Shown one piece after another: positions 13,276-25,672 of a DNA stretch of 64,000 nucleotides. Location: NCBI GenBank assembly GCA_964252035.1, contig OZ176213.1; one strand, given 5' to 3'. The position numbers were made by a program, and so were the translations under genes. The notes beneath the pieces are model-generated. The model saw nothing but the letters and a program-made list of their open reading frames with translations, did not search any database and was not told where the DNA came from. The DNA is from Podarcis erhardii. Its lineage: Eukaryota. How positions within the stretch are numbered: the first letter of the stretch is position 1; every line of letters starts with the position of its first letter.

Positions 13276-14552
13276 TGCTAGTGGGCAGTTGTAGATCACA
13301 TACTTTGGATACTAACTAGGAAATTCACTGATGCTCAGAAACGTCAGCTCAGTACTGTCCACATTCACTGGTAGCACTTCTCCAGGGTTTCAGAAACGTG
13401 TCTCTCCAGCCTTACTGGGATATGCTAGAAATCAAACCCATGTCTTTCTGTATGCCAGGGGTTGCCAACATGATGCCCTCCAGATTTTGCGGACTGCAGA
13501 TCCCATCATTTGTACCCCTGAGCTGCTGCTCCTCCCTTCATACTGAATGCTTTGAGGTAGCTGGAGAAAATTGTTCAAAAGGTCTTTAACAACAAAGTTG
13601 TCTCCCAGAGCCAGCATCAAGAAAATTGGGTGTAGGTGTAATGGATTGGTGTTGCTTTTAGAGAATTTTTGTATACTCTTGCTTGCTTCCCAACTACTCA
13701 GTCTGCATATACAGTAAATAAACAGTGTGTTATAAAAGTCACCATCAGTGAAGAAGAAAGACACGCACACAGAGAGACAGACAGAGGGAGAGGTTGAAAA
13801 TTAACGCAAAATTATTTGGGTGGATAAATCAATTCAATATTTTATGGATGGATTAGATTTATGTCCCGACAAAATTGATTAGACAGTTCATGGCACCATA
13901 AGGTAATGAGACAGAGGGCTAAAACACAGTGGGAAACTGTGGCCAAAAACATGATTTTCACAGTTGGAAGCAGAGTAAGGGGAAGTCAAGGATAACAAAC
14001 CCCTTATCTTGGATTTTTGAAGTGTTTTTAGCTCGTTTGCTTTCCGTAAAGTTTATACTAGAACTCAGCATAAAAAGAAGTTCAGATGTGACATAGAAGT
14101 TTGTTTTCATTTTAAAAATCTGCTAGGAAAATGCATTTCTTCACATCTTTGACTTTTTCTCTCTGAGATGTTCCCACTGTTCTGCCAAAAGTACTAGTTG
14201 CCTAAGACAGGGTGTTGTTTTTTTTTTTTTAAAAAAAAAAATTATTCAGCTGGACAATGAATACCATCAAACTTGCTTTTTAACACGTTTTATTTACAGG
14301 AGGAAGGCAACAGAGAAAAAAGCAAGAGGAAACAGAAAACATCTTATAGTTGTATCTGTTGCCAGATAATCTCTTTCTTTCTTGGGCAGGCAGTGGGTTG
14401 AACCCACTGTAGGTGATAGGCGCAATATCAGTGTAGACAGCAAGATCTGCAGTGAGATTTCCATTGGCCCTAGGTGGGCTTAAGCCTTATATACTATCTA
14501 GAAGTGTTGATGACACTTGATCACCTGTGCTGAGGGTCACATTCTCATGTGT

Positions 14553-14907
14553 CTCGGTCCAGTATACCTGAAGGAGCATCTCCACCCCCATCATTCTGCC
14601 CGGACACTGAGGTCCAGTGCCGTGGGCCTTCTGGCAGTTCCCTCGCTGTGAGAAGCAAAGCTACAGGGAACCAGGCAGAGGGCCTTCTTGGTAGTGGCAC
14701 CCGCCCTGTGGAACAATGCCCTCCCACCAGATGTCAAAGAGAAAAACAACTACCAGACTTTTAGAAGACATCTGAAGGCAGCCTTGTTTAGGGAAGCTTT
14801 TAATGTTTAATAGGCTTTGTATTTTAGTATTCTGTTGGAAGCCACCCAGAGTGGCTAGGGAAACCCAGGCAGATGGGCGGGGTATAAATAATAAATTATT
14901 ACTATTA
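14553..14907 (+). mobile_element. L2 LINE 3' end
   Basis: GPVYLKEHLHPHHSARTLRSS...RAFLVVAPALWN...FRRHLKAALFREAF, then a 3' UTR ending GGGCGGGGTATAAATAATAAATTATT. Confidence 0.85.
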
Positions 14908-14967
14908 TGTTTATGTTTATGTTTATGTTTATGTTTATGTTTATGTTTATGTTTATGTTTATGTTTA
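14908..14967. repeat. (TGTTTA)10 microsatellite
   Basis: Directly visible, abutting the L2 tail. Confidence 0.97.
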
Positions 14968-16004
14968 TACCTGGCAATGTCAGGGGAGTAGTCCTAACAA
15001 ACAGCAGACTACTAAGGGGGTGTGGTGGCTGAGTTCTTCCCATGCTCCTGTACTGTCTTGTGATTCACGTGGGGACCCAGGTGGACCCATCTTAAAGGTT
15101 GCAAGGCCCTATGTCTCCTTCAGTCAGGTGGCCTTTCAATTAAAATTGCTGATTCTAGCAAGCTGTGATCAATTCTTGCAGACCTGTACTCTACAATGCT
15201 GCCGAAATTTAACTATCATCAAGTGCTAGGTCCAGACTTGCACCTGGGCACCACTTAAGGCACCCAAAGGGGAAATTTACAGAACATCTCTCCTATCTCC
15301 TTATATTACAATGGTGTTCCAGATAAGTCCTAATACACCCCATCCCCCCAGCTATAATTCAAAACTTTGTAATAGTTTTCCATGCACAGAATGAGATGTA
15401 TGTAAGGTGCTGGAAAAACACCCAACTCAAAAGGAGAACAGAGTTTTACAAGCTTCACACCATCCAAACAAGAGGAGACTGCTCCTTAATTTTAGGTAGG
15501 TGCCTTTGCTGGATTGCTTTTAGTGCCTGCTAAAAATGCATATAAATTTAGGCAAGCCAGCCCAGATATGTAATGTTCATGCACAATTTTACTGTTCAAT
15601 TTTATTATATTTGTTTTAAAACTGCTGATTAAAAAAATGATTATATTGTTTTATATATGTTTTTATTGTGCCATGAAATCTCCGCAGGATGCTTAAAGGA
15701 AGCAATTCATAAATAAAATAAAGCCTCATCCTCTTCACCCCAAACATTTCTCTCATTGGCTGGGGTGCAGGAGTGGCACCAGCCAAGAACAAAAGACCTT
15801 CCTTCTTTTTACTATTCTCTCTCATCTGCCTCTGATAACACAAACAGAGATCAACAGCATATTTTCTTTTTCCAAGGTTCCTCTGGACTGGGGCTCAGAA
15901 TCTGAGAGTGTATGGTTTGATGTCCTTCAGGGCTTGAAGCCAATGGGAAGACTTCAAGTATTGTCCACTGTGCCATTGTTCATTATGCTTTCTCCTGAAG
16001 GATG

Positions 16005-16265
16005 CTGCTCGATCAGACCAAAGGCCCATCTAGTCCAGCATTCAGTTCCCAGCAAGATTCCCACCAGCAGGACCTGAGCATAATGGTATATTCTCTACTT
16101 ATGGTACCCCAGCAGCTGGCATTCTGACAGTGGAGTTAGAGCATAACCATCACAGCCATTGATAGCCTTGTCCTCCTTGAATTTGTCTAATCCTCTTTCA
16201 AAACTATCCAAGTTGGTGGCCACCATTACCTCTTGTGGAATCAAATTCCATGGTTTAACTATGTG
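16005..16265 (-). mobile_element. CR1/L3-type LINE 3' end
   Basis: VKPWNLIPQEVMVATNLDSFERGLDKFKEDKAING plus the shared GGACTAGATGGGCC-type 3' box. Confidence 0.75.
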
Positions 16266-16399
16266 CTTCCAAGTCTGGGCTTGGGCCAAGCAAAAGCTAT
16301 GGTTAGGCAAAGAATTATAGACACCAAGAGATAACAGTACTGCTTAAGGTGCCCCGACTACAAAATTGTAGAAATCGAGAGATATATAGCTGCACTGGC

Positions 16400-16760
16400 A
16401 GCATATCTCTTATTCTAGTATCAAAAAATGCAAGAAGGGCTTTTACACTTGCCAGAAGCTCGGCTTTGCCCTCACCGGTCCTGGAAGGATCCTTTTAAAA
16501 AGTCCCATATGCCCAGAGACTTTGCGCCTGCCCATTGGGGGATATAGGAAGCTATGAACACACATTTTTTAGATGTCCCTTTTACGACAAGGCACATAGA
16601 GAAACCATTGACCCCCTGCTGGTGAGGCTTGCTGAGCTCCCGGTAAAGCAAAAAATTGATCTTCTTCTGTTAGGCAAAGATCACAAGACGACCCGGACAG
16701 TCGCCAGAGTCTGCGCAGAGATCTGTAGGTGCAGACCATCCCCCGATTCAAACTAGTTTG
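16400..16760 (+). mobile_element. Non-LTR retrotransposon C-terminus with CCHC knuckle (RTE-X-like)
   Basis: VLEGSF*KVPYAQRLCACPLGDIGSYEHTFFRCPFYD...LLL...TTRTVARV. Clade assignment is from recalled motifs only. Confidence 0.55.
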
Positions 16761-16965
16761 TTAAGAAAATTCCCAAACTCAGATCCACTGGCAACTCTGG
16801 GTCATTTCTCTATGGTAGTCTATCTTAAAGTTTTTATGTGTTTATATGCCTACCGCATTTTAAAACTTAATATCCATTGTTGTATATTATTTTAAATGTT
16901 TGTTTTGCTTTTGGGATTGTAGTTCCATTTGTGTTTCACAAGCTGGCCTCCGACCGTAATAAATA

Positions 16966-16982
16966 ACAACAACAACAACAAC

Positions 16983-17033
<51 letters not shown>
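16966..17033. repeat. Compound (AAC)n-(ATT)n microsatellite
   Basis: Directly visible. Confidence 0.95.
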
Positions 17034-18100
17034 GTGCTTTGTGTCCTGAATCTTTTGTCAGGTTGTCAAGATAAGACTAAAGTAGGCCAAATTTTGAGGA
17101 AACATATTACAATTTTAAGTGGCAGTTTGAATGCAAATTCAAAATTGAGAAGGGGAATGACAACTTTTAGAATATTTTTGACAGCTTCATCCTACAACCT
17201 TGGTTTTTACTGAATGCAGAATTATTCTCATTATTAGAATCTGTCCTTTTCTAACTTATTTTCTGAGTTTACTTTCCTTCCCACCTTACCTTCTCATTCA
17301 TATATTTTCAGAGTTGTCATCTGAGTGCCTTGCACTGTTTCATAAGTATACTTAGTTTAATTTTATGCACATTTTCTTTTTTCTTTTTTTATAGACAATA
17401 AAAAAGACAAATATTTAAGATGAGGCATATTTTAAGTGTGATATAAAATGTTGCTAACTGTGTGTACATGTACTTCTAAAAATATGGCAACTCACTTGCA
17501 TAACTCTACATAGACTGCTTTGCTCTCTAGAGATCATTAGCCATGATTTCTTTTATTAAAGTAAAGAAGAAAATGACTTGGGATACTGAGAAATGTAAGC
17601 ACAGAAGGAAGCAGGACACTGTACTATGTGCTGTAAATACATTCAAACTACTGTGCAAGAAAATCTAAAACCCATGGCCTGTATGTATTTTGCAACTTAA
17701 GTAAACATACGGGATTTGTCTTATTTTGCGTGATTTAGGTTGCAGTTCTTGCTACTTTAGCATAGGGGAGTTTGGAACAAAGGGCTCTTCGGGCAATGAG
17801 CCCCCACCTGATGAATATCCTGATCTGTAGCAACTTGGGGCTCACAGGAGAAGTGGAGGCAAGATCAAGGCCAAAAAGGCCGATCAGGACCATGGACAGC
17901 ACCCAAAGGGTATGATGGCTTCTCTTTGGAAGTGTTGTCTCATCTGCATCTTTCTCAAGGTAGAATAAGGGGCAGGGTGTGATGGTCATGATAATGAAAG
18001 TCTTAACCAGCAATTTCATTGGCTGATGAGATTTCAACCAGCATTTCCAACACATTTTCAAGTCTGTATTTCCAACCAGAGAGACTAAAACATACACATC

Positions 18101-18133
<33 letters not shown>

Positions 18134-19267
18134 CTGGCCCCAATATATTATTGCCTTATATCTGAATGGCACTGCCAGTTAAGGAAGACGTGGTAGTCAA
18201 TATACTTTTTTGAATAACAGCTGCTGAGGACAAACAACTTTGGGTGAAGGCTTTCTTCACATCCTGCTCATGAACCTCCAGGGATATCTGGATGGCAGCT
18301 TCTATTAGAATGGATTAGAGTCATTGCCAACTTTGACTAAAGTAAACTCCTGAGGTGGGTTTCATCATTCAATTGATCAGGACATGTATGATTATCTAAT
18401 GCAGGGGTGGATAATCTGTGATCCTCCAGATGTTAGTTGGACTACGTTTTTCCAGAGCTTTGGACACACTGGGCCAGAACTGATGGGAGTTGGAATCTAA
18501 CAATATCTGGAAGGCCACAAGACCCCACCAATTCCTTGTCTGAAGGAATTTCAAGGTAAGTAAAAAATGTTTCATTAAAGCAACCTTTCTCAGGCAGTTC
18601 CTGCTATTCTCACCTGAAACCCATGAAAAACATGAATGCATATTAACAGTAAAATCCTATAGATGTTTACTCAGAAGTAAAGCACACTGATTTCAAAGGG
18701 ATTTATCCTAGGTGAATATAGGATCCCAACACAACACTTCAATCACATTAATATCTACTTAGAAGTAGGCCCATTGAGTTTGATGCTCACTCCTGAGTAA
18801 GTGTATATATATGCATACTTACCCAGAAATAAGGCTCATTAAATACGATTGTAATTACTTCTGAGTTGTCATCTAGAGCATTGCACTATGAATTCAGCAT
18901 GGCAGGGAGTGATGGAACTCTCCATGCAACAGGCAAAGTTAACAAAACCTCAGAGCAGAGTTGTCACCCTTTGTTTGTTTGTTTGTTTTGCCTCAGGTGA
19001 CATTTCAAGGCAAATTTGTGGGTTCCTGTTTGGGAGAATTGTCTGCAATACCTTGAGCTCCTTGCAGGAAAAGTGGGGCTATAAATGTAATAATAAGTAA
19101 GTGTTAGAAGCACTTGAAATTTCTGAAGAACACTGGGGCAGGAGGGAAATGAGGGCAGGAACAGCTCGCGGGGTGGGATAAAGGTGTGGACCTGCCATCC
19201 CAACAGTGGAATCACTGTCACTTACATAGACAGTGCAAGAGAAGGGTGCTGGTGAGGTCAGGACTGT

Positions 19268-19560
19268 GCAGGCACACCAGCTGGAACACTAAACATAAGA
19301 AGATCCTGCTGGATCAGGCCAGTGGCCCACCTAGTCCAACATCCTCTTTTCACAGTGGCCGAACAAATGCCCACGAGACAGCCACAAGCAGGACCCAAGC
19401 ACAAAGGTACTCTTCCCTCCTTCAGTTTCCAGCAACTAGTATTTAGAAGCATGGCTGCCTCTGACTATGGAGGCTGTGCATAACCCTCATGGCTAGTAGT
19501 CATGCCTTATCCTTGAATTTGTTCAATCCTTGGTATCTAAGTTAGTGGCCACTGTGTAGT
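19268..19560 (-). mobile_element. CR1/L3-type 3' end (TTCTTATG tail)
   Basis: ACATAAGAAGATCCTGCTGGATCAGGCCAGTGGCCCACCTAGTCCA. Related copies at about 1340-1592(+), 22088-22300(-), 25315-25720(+), 30843-31085(-), 47040-47255(+) and 61075-61255(+). Confidence 0.75.
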
Positions 19561-21518
19561 CCTGCCATGCCTCCACCCCACCCCAGTCACCTGAAGCAAT
19601 GCAGCTGTTGTGGACAGTTCTGCATCCCTGCTTTACTGCACTAGTGACTCCTGGATACTGGGTGGGGAGGTGGTGCAGAGAATTCAAATAAAGCCAGAGT
19701 ACCAACATTCCTCAAGGGGGTCTCTGTACATCTGTTTGCTGCAAGGGCCTTTGTCAGATTCAACGTGCTTAAAGAAGCCATCCCCAGCCTGGAGTGCTCC
19801 AGCGAGCACAGCTGGCTCTGATGGAAACTATAGTCTGAAACATCTGCAGGGCGCCAGGTTGGGGAAGGCAGCCAGAAGTCCACTGACCATTTTTGAAACA
19901 ATTTCTAAACCTGAAAGATAAAAGTCATCTGCAGAGCAATTTTTCAAGGACTGAGGAAGCTCGAATGCCATCATTAAAATGCAGAAGTGTTGGCACAATC
20001 ACAAAGAGGGTTATACAAAACATGCCAGGGACAGAAATTGTATTAGGAAGCTTGTTTTTGTTATGAGGCGATACTTTGACTATGCATTGAAAAAAGAACA
20101 AATAGAATTGTGTTTTCATCAAGTTTTGCCTAAAGCCTGAAATAAAGAAAAAGGGAAGAGCGGGTAGCAGACCCTTTCTAGTGGTAAAAACCTCCCCTTC
20201 GAAAATTCCTATTGTATATTTTTATTAACTTTTTTATTAGCAATCTTCTTACTGTTGATCTGCAAGTGAATAAAAGCCATTTACAAATGATCAGAACCGG
20301 ATGGGGAGCTGTTGGAATCCTTCCAAATTATCAGCAGGGTTAGCGCTCATCTGCATATAGATTGAGTGAGTCAATCAGGAGGTGGCTCCAGGTATGTTTC
20401 TTGAGATATGATTACGGAGATATTTGGAAAGCCCTTTGCCAAATGCACAATGGACAGAACAAGCAGAGAGGAATGGTTCAATTTGTCAGACACTTCTAGG
20501 TAGTGCCTTTTGTTTAAGGGGAGCTGCATTGAGTGCTTGCATCCACCGCATGCCAGGGAGAGCGCCAAAGGGCTCCTTTCAAAGTTGGATTACAGCACAT
20601 TTGAAACACAGGCACACACAGAGAAAATCCCCACATTATAATGTGATTTAGGATGCTAAGCTCACTTTGTTGGTCTCCCAGATGATTGGGACCAGGCTTA
20701 TTTTTCTCTAGCGGTGACTATAAAATCAAGATGAAGTTGTCCAGAAACAAAGAGAGAGAGAGAGAGCAGAAGAAGATGAGAGAGTGATGCAGTGTAAGAA
20801 TATAAGAAGAGCCCACTCCCCACTTGTGATTCTCAGCAACTGGTATTTAGAAGCATGCTGCCTGTGACAGTAGAGGTAGAACACAGCTCTCATGACTATT
20901 AACCATTGATAGCCTTCTCCATGAATCTGAAAGATCACATCTGTCTCTATGCCAGCAGCAATTAGCCCTGCCCTTGCCTTAGAACATGGGCAGCTTAAGT
21001 AAGAACTGATCCTGGGGCCGGGCTAAAATATAACCAACTGCAGAGTTCGAATTAGAACCAATTTATTTGCATCATCATAAGTGAGTGGAAGAAATTGGAA
21101 GCTGCTTTCAAGCAAAGAAGCCTAAGGCACTCAGCAACTTCAGCTGACACACAAAACAGCAGGGATCATCCCAGGCATTTTGCTAAATACATTCAAGAGA
21201 GACACCAAAAAAAGAAAAGGAAAAAAAAAGATAACTTATTCTTTTTACCTGTCTTCAGGCATTTGCCAGAATTTGGGAAGCCTTTATGCTTGGCATGCAG
21301 ACTCCTCTGCCAGAGGAAATGGCTCAACCCCATACCCTAACTCAGAGGATAATGTCCTCTGTAGTATTGCTATTTCATTAGCCACATAAAAGACTGCAGA
21401 GTGTGTCACAGGTCCTTTAACCACCTCCCCATCTCCTTCATGTCTGGGTCAACCCATGTAAGGTTTCAGTTGACTCTAGCTCCTAGCAAAGACAACATCT
21501 GCTTTAGTTGCCTTAGCA

Positions 21519-21655
21519 CAGTGATGGCCAAACTTGGCCCTCCAGCTGTGTTGGGACTACAACTCCCATCATCCCTAGCTAACAGGACCAGAGGTCAGGG
21601 ATGTTGGGAATTGTAAGTCCCAAAACAGCTGGAGGGCCAAGTTTGGCCATCACTG
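21519..21655. mobile_element. hAT-type MITE (137 bp)
   Basis: Long TIR CAGTGATGGCCAAACTTGGCCCTCCAGCTG and perfect 8-bp TSD CCTTAGCA. Confidence 0.93.
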
Positions 21656-22507
21656 CCTTAGCATGACTCCTTGAAGCTGTCCAAGGTAGTTCATCACAAG
21701 ACATTGCATACTTTCCCTCAAGTGTCCAATGGAATTCTATAATTTCTACATGAAGCTAACCAGGAAGATGGTTCAGAAGAATGCAGTGAGCAGGATGTTG
21801 GTGAGAACAGCAGTCTGATCACATATTGCTTCTCTTCTTAAACAGCTACACTGGTCATCCATTGTCATATGCTTATGTAGACATTCAACGTGCTGAATGA
21901 TCTGAGACCCAGATAGCAGAGAGAGTGACTTATCCCCTACCAACCAGCCTCTTCATTTCAATCAGCAGAGGAGGTTCTGAATGAGGTGAGAAGTTCGGGA
22001 ACCTGTGGAAGAGCAGTTTTGGTCCTGGCTCTACAGCTGTGGAATGATCCCAAGGTGTGTCTTTCCTCTACGAAGCCACGCCTTCCACAATAACATAAGA
22101 AGAACCTGCTGGATGATGCCAGTGGCCCCTCTGGTCCAGCATCCTGTTCTCACAGTGGCCAACAGATGCCTGTGGGTAACCAGCAAGCAGGATCTGAGCG
22201 CAAGAGCACCCTCCCCTCCCCTGGTTTCCAGCAACTAGTACTTAGAAGCGTTGCTGCCTCCAACCATGGAGGCAGAACATAGCCATCTTGGCTGGTGGTG
22301 ACTGACAGCCATCATCAGGCTTTTCGAGGTGGAGAAGTATGGTAGGTGAAAGGTGCATGTATGGCATTGTTACTGTATGACTCGAATACAGTATGTATTT
22401 CATGTGAATTCAGTTTTAATGACTGCATTAGGTATTAGATTTTGCTGTAGTTTATTTTCTAGTACGTTGCCTGACAACTATTAAGGTGGTATAAAAACAT
22501 AAATTCT

Positions 22508-22880
22508 GGAGGAGCAAGGGCTCAGTGACAGAGCATCTGCCTTGCATGCAGAAGGCACCAGCATCTCCGAGAAGGATTGGGGAAGGCTCCAGCCTGAAAC
22601 TCTGGAGAACCAGTGCTGGTCAGTTTAGACAATACTAGATTAAATGAGCCACGGGTCTGACTTAGTATATGTCAGCTTCCTATCGGGGAAGAACCATAGC
22701 TCAGTGGCAGAGCATCTGCTGTGCACGTGGAAAGTCTGAAGTTCAATCCTGGTCATCTCTAGGTAGGGCTGGGAGAGACTCCTTGCTGGAACTGTGGAGG
22801 GCTGCTGCCAGTCACTATATACAATACTGAGCTGGACGGATCAATGGCATGACTCGGTATCAGGCAACTTCCTATGTTCT
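22508..22880 (+). mobile_element. Two head-to-tail tRNA-Ala-headed SINEs (22508-22683, 22685-22880)
   Basis: Heads (TA)GCTCAGTG(G)CAGAGCATCTGC..TGCA and tails GGTCTGACT..GTAT..GGCAGCTTCCTATG. Confidence 0.8.
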
Positions 22881-23998
22881 CCAGTTCTCCCATTTTGAGG
22901 AGTAACTTTAAAGAACAGAAGGGAGTGAATCAACATAGAGGATCAGCCATTTCATCCTGTGGTTCACCAGTTGAAAACCAGCTGTGGGCCCATTTCTTGA
23001 CACCAGGCAACAAGTATTTAATAACTCATTTGGGAAGACACTTTAGAATTTCACACTTTTTTTTTTTTTTTTTGGAGAGGGCATTTAGAGAGCTCTCTTG
23101 CAGCTTTCTGTGGAGAATGGCTTTGATCAATCCTGCTCACATAACCCTGGCTTGTGTTTGATTGTAACTACCTTATTTATTATACATGTCTCCATACAGT
23201 GATAATTGGGTTCATAATATCCTGTGCAGCCTAATGTGAAAATGGATTTTTTTTCCTGAATGGAAATGACTTATTTTTTTTTATTCCTCAGGGGGTTTGT
23301 TTTATCAAAACTCATGTAGTATTTAGCAAAGTAATCATTGCTCAATTGTGAAGCATGAAAAGTGTAAAATTATGATAATAGAAGTGGAAAGAATGAAAGC
23401 TATAATAGAGCTGACCTCATTTTGCTTGATTATTAATGGTGTTTCATCTAATTTACAAGGCCTAACCTTGTGTGATACAAATGCAGAGTACAAGTGTACC
23501 TTTTTTAGCTCACAAAACTTAATTAGATTTGTAATATATCATATCCTTATTTTTTCCCCTCGTTAAGCAACAGGAACCCAAGGAATTTTTGCCAGGCATA
23601 AGGTAAACAGTGTTTAAAGAGTCAAGAAGTATTTACTTTTATTGGGGGTGGGGGGGCAGGGCCAGGGCCAGGGCCAGGGGGTGAGACAAAGACACACTGA
23701 AATCTTAGACTTGATCAGTGGTAGGGAATCTATGGGTCTCATGATGTTGTCAGAGCAACTCTTTTCAGTCTCAGCCAGAATGGTCAAAGAGCAGGGATGA
23801 TGGGAGTTGTACTCCAGTAACAACTAGAAGGCCATAGATTCCCCACCTCATCAATGGCTGAATGTAAGAAATCAAGAGAACTAGATCATACCTAACACAC
23901 CCTCTTTCAGATTCTTCAGAAAGAGAGAGCTCATTACATTTCTAGGTAAGAACATAAGAAGATTCTGCTGGATCCTGCTGGATCAGGCTAGTTCCATT

Positions 23999-24396
23999 CA
24001 GGGCCGTCTTTACCTGGGGGTGCAAGGGGTGCGGGGTACCCAGGCACTGAAATCTGGGGGGCGCCAGACACCCACCGCTGAAGCCACCTAAACTCTTAAC
24101 TATCTACCTGTTATAGTCGATTTTATTGCATTAGCCATGTGGCCATAGCATAATATACATAGAAATATCTACCTGTTATGAAATAATAAATAATTTTGAT
24201 CAAGCTAGAAAAACAAAATACATATATACTGCACCTATGTATTACCAAAATGTATACCTACTGTTTCACTAAAGGACTTTTGACTTTGTGTGCTCATTTA
24301 CCAAAGATGCACTGCACGAGCGGTGGCGCTTGTCAGACTTGGGGGTGCTGGGCGGATCTTTGCACCCCGGCGGCGCATATGCTAAAGACTCCCTTG
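23999..24396. mobile_element. hAT-type MITE inserted in a CR1/L3 fragment
   Basis: CAGGGCCGTCTTTA ... TAAAGACTCCCTTG termini and TSD GTTCCATT/GTTCCACT. Confidence 0.75.
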
Positions 24397-24850
24397 GTTC
24401 CACTAGTCCAGCACCTGGTTCTCACAGTAGCCAGTCAGGTGTCTATGGGACAGTGGCTGGGCAGACCAGATCTAGCCCACAGGCCATGGGTTCACCACTC
24501 CCAGGGCAGAGCTGCTAGAAACCACAGCCGGGGAAGTGCTGTTGCACTCGGGTCCTGCTTACAGGCTTCCCATAGACACCTGACTGGCTACTGTGAGAAC
24601 CAGGTGCTGGACTAGTGGAACCAAGGGAGTCTTTAGCATATGCGCCGCCGGGGTGCAAAGATCCGCCCAGCACCCCCAAGTCTGACAAGCGCCACCGCTC
24701 GTGCAGTGCATCTTTGGTAAATGAGCACACAAAGTCAAAAGTCCTTTAGTGAAACAGTAGGTATACATTTTGGTAATACATAGGTGCAGTATATATGTAT
24801 TTTGTTTTTCTAGCTTGATCAAAATTATTTATTATTTCATAACAGGTAGA
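24168..24850. repeat. Inverted repeat, 283-bp arms (24168-24450 / 24568-24850), 117-bp spacer
   Basis: Arms read as exact reverse complements, and the ORF track shows identical peptides on opposite strands. Confidence 0.95.
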
Positions 24851-25498
24851 CACACCCTCTTTCAGATTCTTCAGAAAGAGAGAGCTCATTACATTTCTAG
24901 GTAAGAACATAAGAAGATTCTGCTGGATCCTGCTGGATCAGGCTAGTTCCATTCAGGGCCGTCTTTACCTGGGGGTGCAAGGGGTGCGGGGTACCCAGAC
25001 ACTGAAATCTGGGGGGCGCCAGACACCCACCGCTGAAGCCACCTAAACTCTTAACTATCTACCTGTTATAGTCGATTTTATTATAGTCTTCTATAGACAG
25101 GGCACGGACAGAACATATCCTGCCAATTGTGACACATGGGATGCTCCCTCAAGTACTTGGGTCCAAGTAATTTAGGACTTTGTATGCTAATGCTTGAGTT
25201 GGGATCAGCCAGGATCAGGGTGATATGATCCCTCCTAACTGCACCCACCATCAGCAGCACTGAGTTCAGGGATACCCCAAGCTGTGAAAATGTTCCATAT
25301 AGCAATATGCAGGAGTATCAATGGCTACTAGCCATGATGGCTATGCCCCACCTCCACAGTCAGAGGTGGATATGCTTCTCAATTCCAGTTGATGCAAACC
25401 ACAGGATGGGAGAGTGCTTTTGTGCTTGAATTCTGCTTTCGGGTTTCTTGCAGGCATCTGGTTGGCCACCATGAGAACAGGATGCTGACAACAGATAG

Positions 25499-25672
25499 CA
25501 GAGGCAGAGCTCGCTGCTTGGGCACCCAGAGCTGTGCATCCGGGGGCAGGGCTAGCTGCCTGTAGGGGTGGGACTAGCCAGGGGGTGGGGCGGTGATGTC
25601 ACCCCCCTCAGGGATGACACCCGGGGCTGACCACAGCCACCACAGCCACCACACCCTCTTCCTTCACCAGTG
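25499..25672. mobile_element. hAT-type MITE inserted in a CR1/L3 3' end
   Basis: CAGAGGC...CAGTG termini, flanks ACAGATAG/GTAGATAG (6/8 match), host sequence resumes after the insert. Confidence 0.55.

Larger units (their letters stand above)
23895..25082 (+). repeat. Direct repeat, 233 bp (23895-24127 / 24850-25082)
   Basis: Identical apart from one G/A difference (24044 vs 24999). Confidence 0.95.

Noticed and set aside
14803-15043. ORFs with poly-CL or poly-NI tracts, and similar poly-Y, poly-C, poly-V and poly-N ORFs elsewhere
   Set aside because: They are translations of microsatellites.
17735-18172. 145-aa minus-strand ORF as a membrane protein
   Set aside because: No recognisable domain, and it includes a (GA)n tract. 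The plus strand looks like a decayed RTE C-terminus (GEVEARSRPKRP..MDS).
19010-19098. Apparent exon (TTGCCTCAG acceptor, GTAAGT donor)
   Set aside because: The interior resembles an L2-type 3' UTR and tail (CTTGAGCTCC...TATAAATGTAATAATAA), and no protein is recognisable.
21519-21655. Hairpin as a miRNA or structured RNA gene
   Set aside because: Fully explained as an hAT MITE with an 8-bp TSD.
24196-24822. Paired identical ORFs on opposite strands
   Set aside because: They are a by-product of the inverted duplication and translate MITE and CR1 sequence.
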